Of a stretch of DNA of 64,000 nt, positions 1 to 12,778 are shown piece after piece. A model generated the notes under the pieces. It was not told where the DNA came from, ran no database searches, and worked only from the letters and a program-made list of their open reading frames with translations. The first letter of the stretch is position 1, and each line of letters starts with the position of its first letter. The stretch comes from Trichoplax adhaerens (taxonomy: Eukaryota; Animalia; Placozoa): positions 69,683 to 133,682 of the forward strand of contig NW_002060982.1 in assembly GCF_000150275.1 (NCBI RefSeq). The letters are read 5' to 3'. The position numbers and the translations under genes are program-made.

Positions 1-437
1 TGAGCAAATGAATAACCATTTAATACTTCCTCCAGTATTCCGATATCCATCGGCTAGAGTTTCGATAATATGATTACTAGTTTAGCTAAGGAATATATTT
101 AAAGTATTTCCTATTAATAATTATAAAGCATCCAACGAAGGTAACACGACTAAAAATAAAGTGACGTTTAGTTCATCGTACGCATTATCCACAGATCATT
201 TAGCAAAATTTCGCAAAGTAGTCAGAACATGAAATGGCTGCCCATGTAATTTCGCTTTAGCACTGATACAACATTCATGCAGATGACAATGCTAAAGCCG
301 TATTAACCAGTTACGCATTTACCACGTTATTATATTTGGTTACAATATCTTTGTCTTGGACAACTAATTCTATCTTAATCTTTGCAAGAAAGATTAATAT
401 GTATACGTATGCAAGAGATCAAATTACTTCAACTAAC

Positions 438-2051
438 CTGTTACCAAAAACTGCGTCAGGATATCAGCTACCCGCTTGCAATATTGGCTATCGTCCTTAC
501 AAAGTTCAGGAAAATGCTTTACAGCAGCCTTCCGCACCTAGTAATAAGTAATTTCATACAAATATTAATTTTTATCATTAGTCTAAATACTTACTTGCGT
601 ACTTGCATAAGCTTTTATGAGTGATTTATTCCATTTACTAAATAAACTAACACTAACAATTGATAAATTGGCTAAACTAGTTTAACACTATTGTTAGTAT
701 CCGATAATGAAAAGTAGACTGACAATGCCAAACACTAGCGTCTACAAATGTTAGGCAAATATAAAATACTATACAGCAAATTGAATCACTAGCCCAAGAC
801 GAACAATGCCATATTTAGATACAATTTAGGGAGCTTAGAGATTTCAATTTATAGCTGGTACTAGCCATGACCTCTGGTGTTATTGGATATGAATGCTAGT
901 TATCAAAGAAGTCACGTCTATTCTAATGTATCATTCACTGTACTGCAAGTATGAAACGATACTAACATTACTTTCTTCATCTTCAATTAAATCAATCTGC
1001 TTATCGAAGGCTTCTTCAGCTAAATCTGGGAAATGCTTGAAGAATTTAGGAATAAATGAGGCTGAAAGTAGCTTCTCTTTCGAATCGCCTTGCGTAGCTT
1101 GCAATATAATCTTGTAACTTTCGGCATGCTACAGATAGAATATAATCAATTAATTCAAAGAGCAACCCAAAACTGAAATTAAAATTGATCTTCCAAGCGT
1201 TTCGAAAGTACTCGTGAGTTTAAGAAAAGCCTATCCATTACGTTGTAACGATCTACTATGATATCCGTTGCAAATATTATAGGGGTGGTAAGGTAAGCAA
1301 TCACGATACATAACCGTTCCATTTAAATGTAAAATATTACTTCGATCGAATTGATATGGTCAATATTTTTCAACGCAGTATATTGATGCACATCAGAACA
1401 CCAGCCATGATTCAATTTCACCAATCTCGATCATTATCTTAATGTACAGTCATACTATGTACTATGACTATCAACAGTTTGCTGCCATTCCTATGCAAGT
1501 CTGCAGTAATTAATATCAATATAAGTAGACTTTAAACATTGGGTTCAACCAGGAATACATAACCAGGCTACTCAACGATATCATGGCAACGGTTTGGACA
1601 AGTAGCCAATTGGACGATCTTGAATGTAGTATTGTACGCGTATAGCACTCTCTCACTGCATCTACATAGCCCAGCATAGCCAAAATTTGCAAGTGTAAGC
1701 GATATAGTAGTATACTACGCTCACTTACTGAGCTATTCAAGGAAAAAAGCCATCAATAATGTGTTACTACTACTGTCCATGACCTATTTATCAATCGCTG
1801 AAGCATCCTCTCCTACCCTACCGTATCCTACTGTACTACAACAGCAATGTGCTACAGCCATCCTACTACAAAATGGTTGCCATGAAAAAATGGATATCTT
1901 TCCTTGTAAGATTTTATTTACCTTGAAATTTGCTTATCAAATTACTGCAGCTTATACATAATAAATTGTGCTGTACCTGATTTTTATCAGCAGCATCTGC
2001 TAATATGCCATAATGCTTGTATAATTCTGAAACACCAATCACTTCAGCCAT
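438..2051 (-). CDS. API5: Apoptosis inhibitor 5 (API5/AAC-11), 5' part; gene continues leftwards, probably beyond the window
   Basis: GT-AG exons 2051-1977 (MAEVIGVSELYKHYGILADAADKNQ), 1128-967 (HAESYKIILQATQGDSKEKLLSASFIPKFFKHFPDLAEEAFDKQIDLIEDEESN) and 537-438 (VRKAAVKHFPELCKDDSQYCKRVADILTQFLVT) join in frame. They match the API5 N-terminal motifs LY..YGILADA, FIPKFFKHFP.LA and RVADILTQ.L. Confidence 0.93.
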
Positions 2052-2231
2052 GCCACTGCTAGTCCGCACAATTTGTCCGCGTTTACGCTGACTTCGTCAC
2101 AAAACCAAGGATGAATAATGGCGTTAGAGTGCGCAAGCGTGAATGATTTTTGTATTCATGAAAAGCACCGAGTTAACTCTACACTGAGTCTACAGTATGT
2201 ATATGAAACACAGGAAAGCGAAGTAACAACA

Positions 2232-3040
2232 AGTACTGTACAGTACAGTACAGTACTGTACTGTACACTGTACAGTGTACAGTATACTGTACTGTAGTTA
2301 CTTTTCATAGATACAGTATGTAAGCTCTTCTTTTCTTGACAGTTGGTAGTACTAGTGACGACTCTGTAGTAGTGTTCTGCTAGCAGCTTCATCAAACTGC
2401 CTTGTCAGACGATAACGTTAAATGCAAGCATGTGTAAAACAGATGTCGTCAAAATCTTTTATGATAAAGTGATTATCTTTTACCGCAAAGTGCAACAGCG
2501 GCGTAGCCTATTATTATGCAGCGCCTGAGAAGAAAAAACTAGTCTAGTACTGCACAGTGCACACTTGCGCAGTAGCGTACTACAATCAGTCGTACAGTAC
2601 AGTACTGTACTGTACTGTACTGTACTTGACGAATAACTACTGTAGTACTGTGCTTACATGTACTGTACATTTTACTGACGCAATGACTACAGTCAAGTCT
2701 ACTGTTTTCCTGAATGGGAAAGTCAGTGATTCAGAATCGACTTTAGCTTCTGAAAAGTATCAGGATTTTTATTCAGGTTATTCAGAAGAATCACACACAC
2801 CCAGGCTAGTAGCAGAATTGGTCTACTGTACATAGATAACATAGATAACTAGACAGTTAACCTAGATAACATAGATAACATAGATAACTCGTCTGATACA
2901 CTGTACTATGTATTGTACTATGCGGTAGATAAGCGACGCTTATCAATTGTTCTTATATTACTGTACTGTACTGTAAACCAAATCATACGTACAGTACAGT
3001 ACAGTGCTCTACAATTCACGATCAAATTACTATACTGTAC
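2232..3040. repeat. (CAGTA)n/(TACTG)n low-complexity, partly palindromic repeats in the API5/MANSC divergent intergenic region
   Basis: Runs such as agtactgtacagtacagtacagtactgtactgtac (2233-2265), gtacagtacagtactgtactgtactgtactgtac (2592-2625) and further copies at about 2900-3040. Confidence 0.85.
2831..2889 (+). repeat. Tandem 9-bp repeat (ATAGATAAC) containing AGATAA GATA-type motifs
   Basis: catagataac atagataact ... cctagataac atagataaca tagataact: five AGATAA copies. Confidence 0.75.
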
Positions 3041-3679
3041 TTATTTTGTGTACCACCCACCCGATAACATAATAAGAATAGATGGTGGAGCTTCATGAAG
3101 AAGCAGTAAGAATGGAAAGTGAAAAGTACAAGTATAGGACGCAAAGTAGAACGAGCGATGGATTGACTGACAGAATATATTCTACGCCTACAAGATATAT
3201 ACTGTATGACATCTATACAGTATTGTATAAACATATATACTGCATAGACGAGTATATATTACCGGGGCTGCCATGATATCGCATCATTACGCTTGCGATA
3301 GTTAACGGTGCAATCACCAATAAATAAAGGCCCAAGATCAATCCCACGTCGAAGGCAGCTAAAGCCTATTGTATCTTGACGCGATTATTTTTTTTTCTCC
3401 CTCTAGTTTGGATGAAAAGGATCGGGAAATAAAATAAGGTACAAATTAGCCATATTTGAATTAACCGATAACTAGCAACTGCTATTCAATCTATTTCTAA
3501 CTTAGACTTTCCATGGGTATGATAATAAATAAATATCATAGCTAGACGTTAATAACGGTTGTTATCAATGCACACTAATTGTACTATCTACTGTATCATC
3601 CGATAGGGAAAGGAGATGCGCACATTTAATAGGATAACCTTCTAAAAATATCTCTTGACTAATCACCGTCTAGCCTTGA

Positions 3680-3743
3680 CCGGAAATACGTCGGACATAG
3701 TAGCTTCGTTATACTCTCACTGAAGTAATTTTGAAAGGTAAGT
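3680..3743 (+). promoter_or_regulatory. Putative promoter and non-coding first exon of the MANSC gene
   Basis: ETS-like CCGGAAAT near 3681 and a strong donor AAAG|GTAAGT at 3737/3738. A matching acceptor tttctttccag ends at 6017, 24 nt before the ATG at 6042. Confidence 0.45.
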
Positions 3744-6041
3744 TCCTATAATTTTATTTTAAATCGATTAGTCTCGATCCTAATAAACTGCTAAAAACTG
3801 AATTTTCTAATGCTGGTATGTAACATCTGACCATGTTGAAATTGTAGTTGACTCACGTATAGTCATTTAATGGCTAATTTTCTTGAATAATGCACTTTTA
3901 TGCTACAACTCTTAACACATACGGATTGAGTTAATCGCTACAAAGTACAATATCTTACCACTAGATTAATTTTATCGCCAGGATCGTCGTCTATTTCCGT
4001 ATATCTTGTTAAATATCCTTCATACTTAGATTGATAGCGAACAAATACCACTCAATCTTGATCGTCTAACTTGATGTTGTTATGGACTGTATTATAGCAG
4101 TTGAGTAGTTCAACTTTCATCATTAAAATGCGGATCGTCAAAGCGGTAATGGGGAATTATGATATTATGTTGTAATGTTGTAATCAATCAGTCTATAATG
4201 TATGGCAAGTACTTATTTGTATAAATTTATTACAAGCTAGCCAAGCTATCAGTGATACACGTATCTCTACTTTCTATCTAATATTACGGTATATTTTAAT
4301 TTCGTATAAAATCTTATAATTGATAGTGATGGCAAAAGACGCCACCCTGCGACAGTACACACAAAGACAACATTTTGTTTTCAAATCGAGGCTTTACTAG
4401 TCAAGAAAAATTTCGTATTTCGACACGAGTCCGTTTACAGTACTATAATAATAATGTTAGAGGTTTAATAATCGTTCTCTATCCACTTGTTAAGCAGTTA
4501 TTTAAATTTAATAAATATAGAATTTTGCGGACTTTCAAATTTAGTTTGTAGTGATAGTAACCTTGAATGTACTCCATTGTACTGTATAACTGCCATATTC
4601 CCACCCATATCCTGCTTTGCTTAATATTTAATTGCAGCAATAGGGCTACGGATAGGATAAAAACTAAAACAGTATGACGGCTTTACAATGACGACCATGA
4701 TCAATCATTTCAGACGATTCTACACTTTGATGATTTGTACAGTATTACAATATGGAATCATTTTAAAAATTCGATGATCCAATAAATGTTGAAAAAAAAA
4801 ATAATTACTTTGCATGAGATACGTAAATGTAACCACAGATTAATGATTGGAATAGCAGTCAATTACTACTTCTAGCTCTTTTTTGCCAGCGCTTGCTCAT
4901 TTTCTTAAATTTTAATTGCCATGTAAATGCTATATCCGTAATACGCGTATCCTTGTCAGGCTAAGCAATATTTTGCTTTATCGCCGTATAAACACAAGTA
5001 TGTTAACGTGATCCATTTGTGTTATTTAATAATTTTAATCTACACTATCATACCAATCTTAGTAAATCCAGTCTTTTCTTAAATCAGTTCTATTCTGATA
5101 CAGTACAATACTTATCCTGCTATTGATCACTAAAATGAGAATGTAGTCATTTATTGCCATTATTTAATTGGCCTGTAGAAGTAAAAATTCTTATTACTCT
5201 TGCCAATAGTTGTTAAACGCTTTTCCACTCATTAATTAAGAAAGTGGTAGTAATTTTATATTGAACATCGACGTAATATACAGAATAGATATGATACTAT
5301 TACCATAATAAATAATAAATTAAATTAACATGTTATCCTAACTGATACTATGGCACAAATTAGCTCGATAATAATAAGAACCGATAGACAGAGATATCTG
5401 GCTACAATCAAGATTATCATTGAAATTATTATATAATATTCCTACAGTCTCGTAATACGATAGTATAACACTATTACCAATAAAATAGAGTATAGTAATT
5501 AATGAACTGATTGCCTTTTATAACAGTATAATTACATTCCTACGAGTTCCTCATACCATATGGGCTGAGTAAAGTATATCCAGCTGTTGCTATTGTATTT
5601 CAATCAAATAAAATAAATTTAGTAGCGCATGACTCCAATAAGATACAACAGCTTATTTAAATTTCAGTAGTAAATGTGCTATAGCTCAGACTAGAGATCG
5701 ATGCACAAATCATCGGCTCCTAAAATTTTGGCTCTTAATCTATACGCGTATAGTCTAAATCACTACATGGTCGACAGACAGTATACTGATGTAGTATGAT
5801 TTACGTCCAGTTATAGCCTTCGTGACGTGCTATCAAATGTATCATGTTCTATATTATTGAACGATACTAGACATTACTTTATAGTAGATCAATTGCAAAT
5901 AATGTTTAATAAATATTTACAATTGCATTAGAAAATAATATTGTGCAGATCTATAACAGTAAACTTTCGAGTTGGAATTTAAAATGAATACGAAGATTTA
6001 ATTTGTTTTCTTTCCAGATTATTCCTATAAGTTAAAGAAGC

Positions 6042-8339
6042 ATGACGAATAAGGCACAAATCCAAGTTCTGCTCAGATTTTTAATATTCGCCATCCTAGT
6101 ATTTTTTTGTCAGAGTACGTCGTGCCCAGAACCACGAAAATACAATGACTATATAATAGACTCTAGAAAATCGATAAGAAATGGTGCCACTAGAAAATTT
6201 CGTGGTCGTGTTCTGAATCTAAACGAGTGCCAGCAAAGATGTTGCAACGATTTAAACTGTAATATTATCGTTTACAAACCGGAAACAGAAGATTTTAGCA
6301 CAAATTGTGTAACTTACAACTGCCCACATAAAAAGTGTGTATTAAAGAGAGCATATGGAATAGATATATATGCCATCACTAAACAACAACCATCAGTAGA
6401 TAAGAATACTGTTCATTCTTTGGCCAAAAACAATAATCTTCACCATAATAACTTGCAACATAAGGAAAAGCCTTCTAACAGTAAAGGTAACTAATAATCA
6501 ATCAACTGTCGTAAACTTTAAACCTACAGTATTCCAAACTGATTATTTCAAATCTAACTCATATGATATTTAAAATTCTAGTTATTGCCGTACGGTCAAT
6601 CATGTTAGCTTTCGCACAAAAAAAATCCATTTAAATTTGTATATTTACGTACTATACTAAATATTTAGCGATACAACAATCAACAACCACTAATCAACAG
6701 AAACCAAACCATTTCCGGCCTCATGAAGAAGCAAGTTTTAATCATAAAGTAAAAGTAACACCTACAGTACGTGACAAAATTGACGAATCTAAGGTTGGTG
6801 TAGGTAGTAAAGGTCTCACTAAACTGAAAAAGCCTTCGTTGCAATTAAATTCGAACACTGGGCCTAGTACACATAAGCATAGACCATCAACTAATTCTGA
6901 ATCATCTAAACATTTCAACGGGCTTAACTATCACCTGAATGAAAACAAAGGTGTAATTCATGGAAATGGAAACTTTGAAAGTTCTTTACCTACGAAACCA
7001 GATGAACATGCTAAACCTAATAATCCTAAATGGCATTGGCCCTTTGAATCTGGTAAATTTCTTGATGAAAGTAAAGACGGTAGTAATCTTGACCCTTTTC
7101 ATGGACCACCTTCTGGAAATAGCCAACAAACAGATCAAGGTTTACTCCAAGATTGGGATAATTCTGAAAGTCATCCAAGCACTGAGGATGATGACTTAAA
7201 TCAAGATGGACCGAAATACGTACCACATCAGCAAAGTACCGATCAGGAGCAAGAGCTTAGTAGGCCTAACGTTGATAATAAAAGCCAGCACCCAAATCAC
7301 AAAAAACTGCACGAAAGTATTAACATCCATAAATTACCCCCAACAGATGTCGAAAATGTTAAGCGCCCGAATCACGTCTGGCATAAAGAGCATTTCCATA
7401 GAAAGCCAACCCCACGGCGCCCTTTCTTCAATCATCATAAGCCCTCTGGAGAAAGTAGCAACCACTTTTCCTCACCAACTGATAAATCAATCGTTTTCAA
7501 AGGTCATAAGCGCCCTACTGATGGTCATCAAATCAGTACCATAAAACCCACCAGAAATCATAAAGTTACAAAACGTCCTGACATTAGCACACACAGTCAT
7601 AAATGGCCTAGTCATAAATACCCTAACACTCATTTTGGATCTCCAACGCGACATCAATGGCATAAAAAACCAACCCGTCGTCCTGCTGAAGGTATTAGCC
7701 ACCATGGAAGTTTCACAAATCAAAACCACAAGCAAGTCCATAAACCACCCAGCCACAATGTTAATCACATTAAGTATCAATATTATCAATCTACAACTAT
7801 TTCGACCGGCTTTAGCCCCACCAGGAAACAAGCAAATCACCAAACTAATCACGTTGGACACTCTCAGACTGACTCAATAAAGGTATTTAGATTAGCAGAA
7901 TAAAAATATTTAATTAATCACATTCTTGTATTCCTATCTTTTACCAAAGCATTTTTCTCATGCCTGTCTTCTGTAAATATAGACTCATCAACCAAAATCT
8001 TCGTATACCCCACCAATTGCAACAAGCCATACTACAAAAACTTACATCTCGCAAGTATCTCACCATGGTGATAAAAATATCTCTGTTTCAAACACTAAAA
8101 GTGATAACCAAAATGGTGATGGATTTACATTGGTATTACACGAAGATCATCCTAATCGTGGATTATCTACTAAGGAGAGATCAGAATTTACAAATTTAAT
8201 TATTGCTCTTGGAGTTGCTCTTGGTGTAGTGATCATTCTACTAATTGCTGTCTTGCTACGATTGCGAAGGATACATACTCGACTACGAGTACCGAGCCCT
8301 AAAGATGCTGATTATCTTATTAATGGAATGTATCTGTAA
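6042..8339 (+). CDS. MANSC-domain type I membrane protein (MANSC1/C11orf24-like) with a long His/Pro/Lys-rich stalk, about 671 aa
   Basis: Exons 6042-6486, 6669-7882 and 7983-8339 splice in frame at GT-AG sites. The protein has a signal peptide, a MANSC pattern (IIDSRKSIRNGA..CQQRCC..CN..NC..YNCP..C), a TM helix (LIIALGVALGVVIILLIAVLL) and the family C-terminal motif DYLINGMY. Confidence 0.85.
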
Positions 8340-11300
8340 CATCGAATCCAATAACAATTTCAAGATTACGTTTTAAGAAAGTCGCAAAAACGTAAATGAC
8401 GAACATTTAAGGGATAAAAATGAATGTCTTCGACGGATCCTTCCGTATTGAGCAATCTATTCTATTTTGGTTAACAAAAATGCTTTATTTTAAAAATGGA
8501 CTGCAAGTAAAGGATTTTTTCTTGCAATCACAACAATAATTTATGTTTCAGTATCAAATTGACAATTATTATTTTCTTGATCTCAGTATCACCAGTGTAG
8601 TTTTACATTATGTCGTATGATTTATAAGCTGGAAAGCAAAATCACACCTTTTTCTGTACTGAAATTCAAATTTCGACTTCAAGACAGTTAATGATAATAA
8701 TGTATTGAGTTCAAGTTGTAACTATTGTTTAGATAGCTATCTTTTACATCCGAAGAAAATTAGATTATGTAAAAACACATTTGATTTTATTACCATACCT
8801 AGTTCTGTAAAATTAATAAAATACTCAAGTAGCTCAAGCTGTTCTTTGCATTTACAGCAGTTTGTACCGCTATTACGTTTTTATCGAAAAAGAATCAAGT
8901 ACTATTCTCTGAGAAACATACTGAATTTAAAATGGAGGTAATGGCCCGTAATAAATGATTAAGTTAAATAGTGCGCGTTATTATTGTTCAAAGGCTGGTT
9001 GGAGAGTCTACAATATGACAAGTACATTTGCTGTCGTTACCAATACAAACTCTTGTAATAATTGAAAATGAAGCAGACTCACTCTTAATTACCGAGAGAA
9101 ATAAAATTTTGAAACAAGCTTTTAATATCTGACATTGCAATATAAAATTGCCTATCGACTACCTTGTTGGCTCACATTAATACAGTAAGGCTATTAAAGA
9201 GATTGTAGAAATCTTAATACAAATATGTTAGCGATCTACCATGAAAGAAGTCTAGACCAATTTTAAAGTACGAAATAAAATTCTTATTGCTATGAACTAG
9301 GAATAGCCCTCGCTTTAGTAAGTATTCTCTAAAGTCTATGTTATTAAAAATTGGAATACGAATCAGCTATGATTTAAATATTAAACTAAACTAGAAGAAA
9401 GCATAGTAAGGCCTCCTATCTCATTATAAAATCAATATCTATATTGTTAAGGGCGACATCACATCTTATATAATTTTAAGAACTTAGAGTCTAGCCAACA
9501 CGAAATATTTCGCCCTTAACAAATTATTCAACTTCGAATATTGTTTAACAAGCTCATAGAATGTTATCGAGTTAATATATTTCACCTAGACTCGGAAGTT
9601 GTACTTTCAGCTGCTAACATCACCCAGGCGAATAATGAATTTCGGTTCAACTAGTTTGCAAGTGCTATTATCATCAATTTATTCCTAAATTATAAATTGC
9701 TTATACATCAACAACTGTTATTTACGAAGGTTCCAGTTAAGAGGATCATAAATGTCGTAATTATATACCACATCTCAAGCGTCATATGAAAATAACCTAT
9801 AGTAACACATGGTAATTTATCAAAGTGCTAGCTACTAAATGTGTTGCATTGATATTTTGCAGTTTAGTATTAAAAGAGTTATTTTTACACCTGAAAATAG
9901 TACTAGCTACTGAAATTGTTACTGAGCTACTTTTATCCGTCAATTTAATGCAATAATGATAGAACAGTACGATATTATAGCAACTTCAGTATAGGATTAG
10001 AAGAGAATGCGCAATAAAATCATATTAACCCTAGTAACGGATTATTAGTCGTGGATATGCATGTGGCGGATCAGCTTCTGATAATTTTTTTTTTCGAATT
10101 ACGACATAGCCGTGTGATAAAGTGCCTTCTCAAATTACAACGAGAATTACAATTTCTCGCAAACTTCACTTTATTACATAAGATTAGGTTCATCTTACAG
10201 CTATAATCTAAGTCTTAAGCGTATTCGGGGCTGCATAAGCAGATTAGCTAAGACTTATGTATGCATAAAACGTTTCTGGAATCTAGAATAACGTCCAATA
10301 TAAGAGTAATGGTGCATTTGCTAATATTAACGTTTAAAGCTAGGAGAAAATCCTAGGATTAATTGATTATGCTACTGCCTTGAACTGCAGCGAATTAATT
10401 ATAAGGTCATTTATTGATAGATTGAAAGAAAAGAAAATCTTTTATGCGCGTATGCAAGTGAAAGAGGCAATACAATTACTATTTTCAGGGATAAACTGCT
10501 TTTAATTAGTATGGCGAACAGTAAATTACGATTTATGAATTGCAACCATTTCAGTCATGAAAAGTAGTTATTATAAGCATGACATAAGAATTACTATCAA
10601 ATTACAAGATAATACCTTAATATTTCTTGAATCACAGCCTGTTCTTATGGAATTTTATTATTATGGTATAGCACGGTATGCACTATCTTTAACAGTAGCT
10701 ATGCAGCCCGCTAAATAATAAACTACTACATTAATTAGCCTGCTACTCCTCAAAATATTCTAGCATTAGGATACCCGTGTCTAAACACCAACTGATGATT
10801 CCATACGTAGGAGAAGACCACTTTCGCTATCCATAAGGGAAAGGTAATTAATAAGTCGATTCTATTAACAATCCATCCACAATTAATCTGATGTGATATA
10901 AATTTAATCTTACGGACAAAAACTTTTGTCAATATCCTACTCAAAGTAGATCTACTTGTTTGAGTAAAATTTAAATTACTGAAATCATAGCTATCATTCA
11001 CAATTTGACATTAAATGAAATATCTAAATGAATTTGAGGACGATAAGGAATAAAACATTAGCAGGGATTAATTTATGATAGTATAATGTGAGTGAATAAT
11101 TACATAAGATGGTTAAAATCTTTCAGAGCTAACATAATTATATTTACGCCTAAAATTGACGATAGTAAAGTTGAAAATCTTCTCAATTCTACATGCAATT
11201 ACGCTTAAAATCAGGCAGTTGCTTTTGGATCTAGATGAAAAATTAGAATATTTATTCCTATAAGCTCGCCTTAAGGATACTAATAAATAGCAGCTTTTTA

Positions 11301-12058
11301 ACTACTAAAATTAATAACCTAATTAAAAGTTAGTGAATGACTTTCCACCCAATATGCGGAGAGAAATTTATTCTTCCTAATGATTTGTGTATGTAGACAG
11401 CTTTCCCTTGACATTATAAAGTATGGTAGCTTTATATCATATATACCCATATCATATTATTAAACATTTTTAACTATATCGTGATATCTGAATTACTATG
11501 ATACTATTATAACAATATACGAAGAAAGATATTAATTACAACAAAAAATTATGGTAATTCGGATGATCATGTTTGTCAAGTTTTGAATTTAAACTTCGAT
11601 TGATGAGTTAGATTTAGGGTAACTTAATGCTATTTAAACAATCCTGTCTTGCAATCAATGATTTGCTGTATGACTATTTATAAAATAAATATTTTTAATA
11701 AATATCAATTAATAAGTAAGCTTGATCAATAAAATTGAATCTATTTTACATTATCTTTAAATTGAATATTAGAGTAAGCTACGGATTATGTTCAACTATA
11801 TTGTAACCGTTCAAAGCTGGACATGTTATATTCCGATATCAAGACATTGCCAAAGTAATATCTATTACTGTAAAAAGAAATATCGACTGCTAAATACAGG
11901 CAAGCATGATATTTCTATATACTCTAAATACAGCTATAATAAAATATCAACCTTTGCTGATGAACTATTAATAACTTCAGAAAATCATGCTACTCTCCAT
12001 TCTACATCAACTACAGTAAATCTTATAGTTACATGTAGGTTATAACATAAATGAATAT

Positions 12059-12778
12059 CTAAACCATACTCTGATCTTTGTCATCCAAATTTTTAAGTCG
12101 CGAGTAATTTGCTAATTTCGTTTTCATATGATGCGATCGCTCTAGGTTTGCACGGCCTGGCACCCATCTATTGCCATTATTTCGGGAAAAATTTGATCGG
12201 TTCTGATTAATGCTAATCTTAGTTATGCCATACTTTCGGCGAACGTCTTCACGCAATTGCTCGCGTCCTACCTGTTCTTCCATTAATTCTTGTACATGTT
12301 GATCCTGTTCTTTCTGATGCTCACGAACATGTTTTTGTACTTTGTCTTTCTTATAGTAGCGGCAACAGCAACAATATAAAATGCAAGCCACAAAGATTAC
12401 AACTGCAGCTATGGCACAAGGCAAAATAATCAACAAGAGATTGCCGGAAATAATACATTGGGTACGATGCCATGAATCATTAGCACAATCACCAGGGTAT
12501 GGAATAGATCTTCCTCTAGGTAAAGTACGACATGTATTATCATAGGCACACCAATAACATGTTGGGTTTCTTTTAATACAGGTATCACAAGATCGACGAG
12601 CTGCATTAGATCGACAAGGATTATTATTGAAAGTTACATATAATGACCACCACCACCAAGGGAAAGCTGCAGCAGAATTGCTATTACTTTGGGCTTCAAT
12701 ACTTTGCCATTGGTAGTTGCTTGAATAAAATAATATCACCAAAACGAGATAGAAGAAGGAAATTGAACATCTCGCCAT
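12059..12778 (-). CDS. PTTG1IP: PTTG1-interacting protein (PBF)-like PSI-domain membrane protein, 239 aa, single coding exon
   Basis: Signal peptide, PSI domain (C..SCDTCI..CYWC..C..C..W..QC), TM helix followed by YCCCC, charged coil ending RRKYG, and a YxxL motif (YSRL). Confidence 0.8.
   Translation of the reverse strand: MARCSISFFYLVLVILFYSSNYQWQSIEAQSNSNSAAAFPWWWWSLYVTFNNNPCRSNAARRSCDTCIKRNPTCYWCAYDNTCRTLPRGRSIPYPGDCANDSWHRTQCIISGNLLLIILPCAIAAVVIFVACILYCCCCRYYKKDKVQKHVREHQKEQDQHVQELMEEQVGREQLREDVRRKYGITKISINQNRSNFSRNNGNRWVPGRANLERSHHMKTKLANYSRLKNLDDKDQSMV

Noticed and set aside
1-430. Possible fourth API5 exon
   Set aside because: I could not find a minus-strand segment with the correct phase and API5 similarity, so it is left uncalled.
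2156-3276. Short ORFs rich in Y/C/T/V/L/S
   Set aside because: They are translations of the CAGTA/TACTG repeats and show no protein-like features.
6960-7880. Overlapping alternative-frame and antisense ORFs in the MANSC exon and within the GST genes
   Set aside because: They are shadow ORFs of real coding sequence with no independent features.
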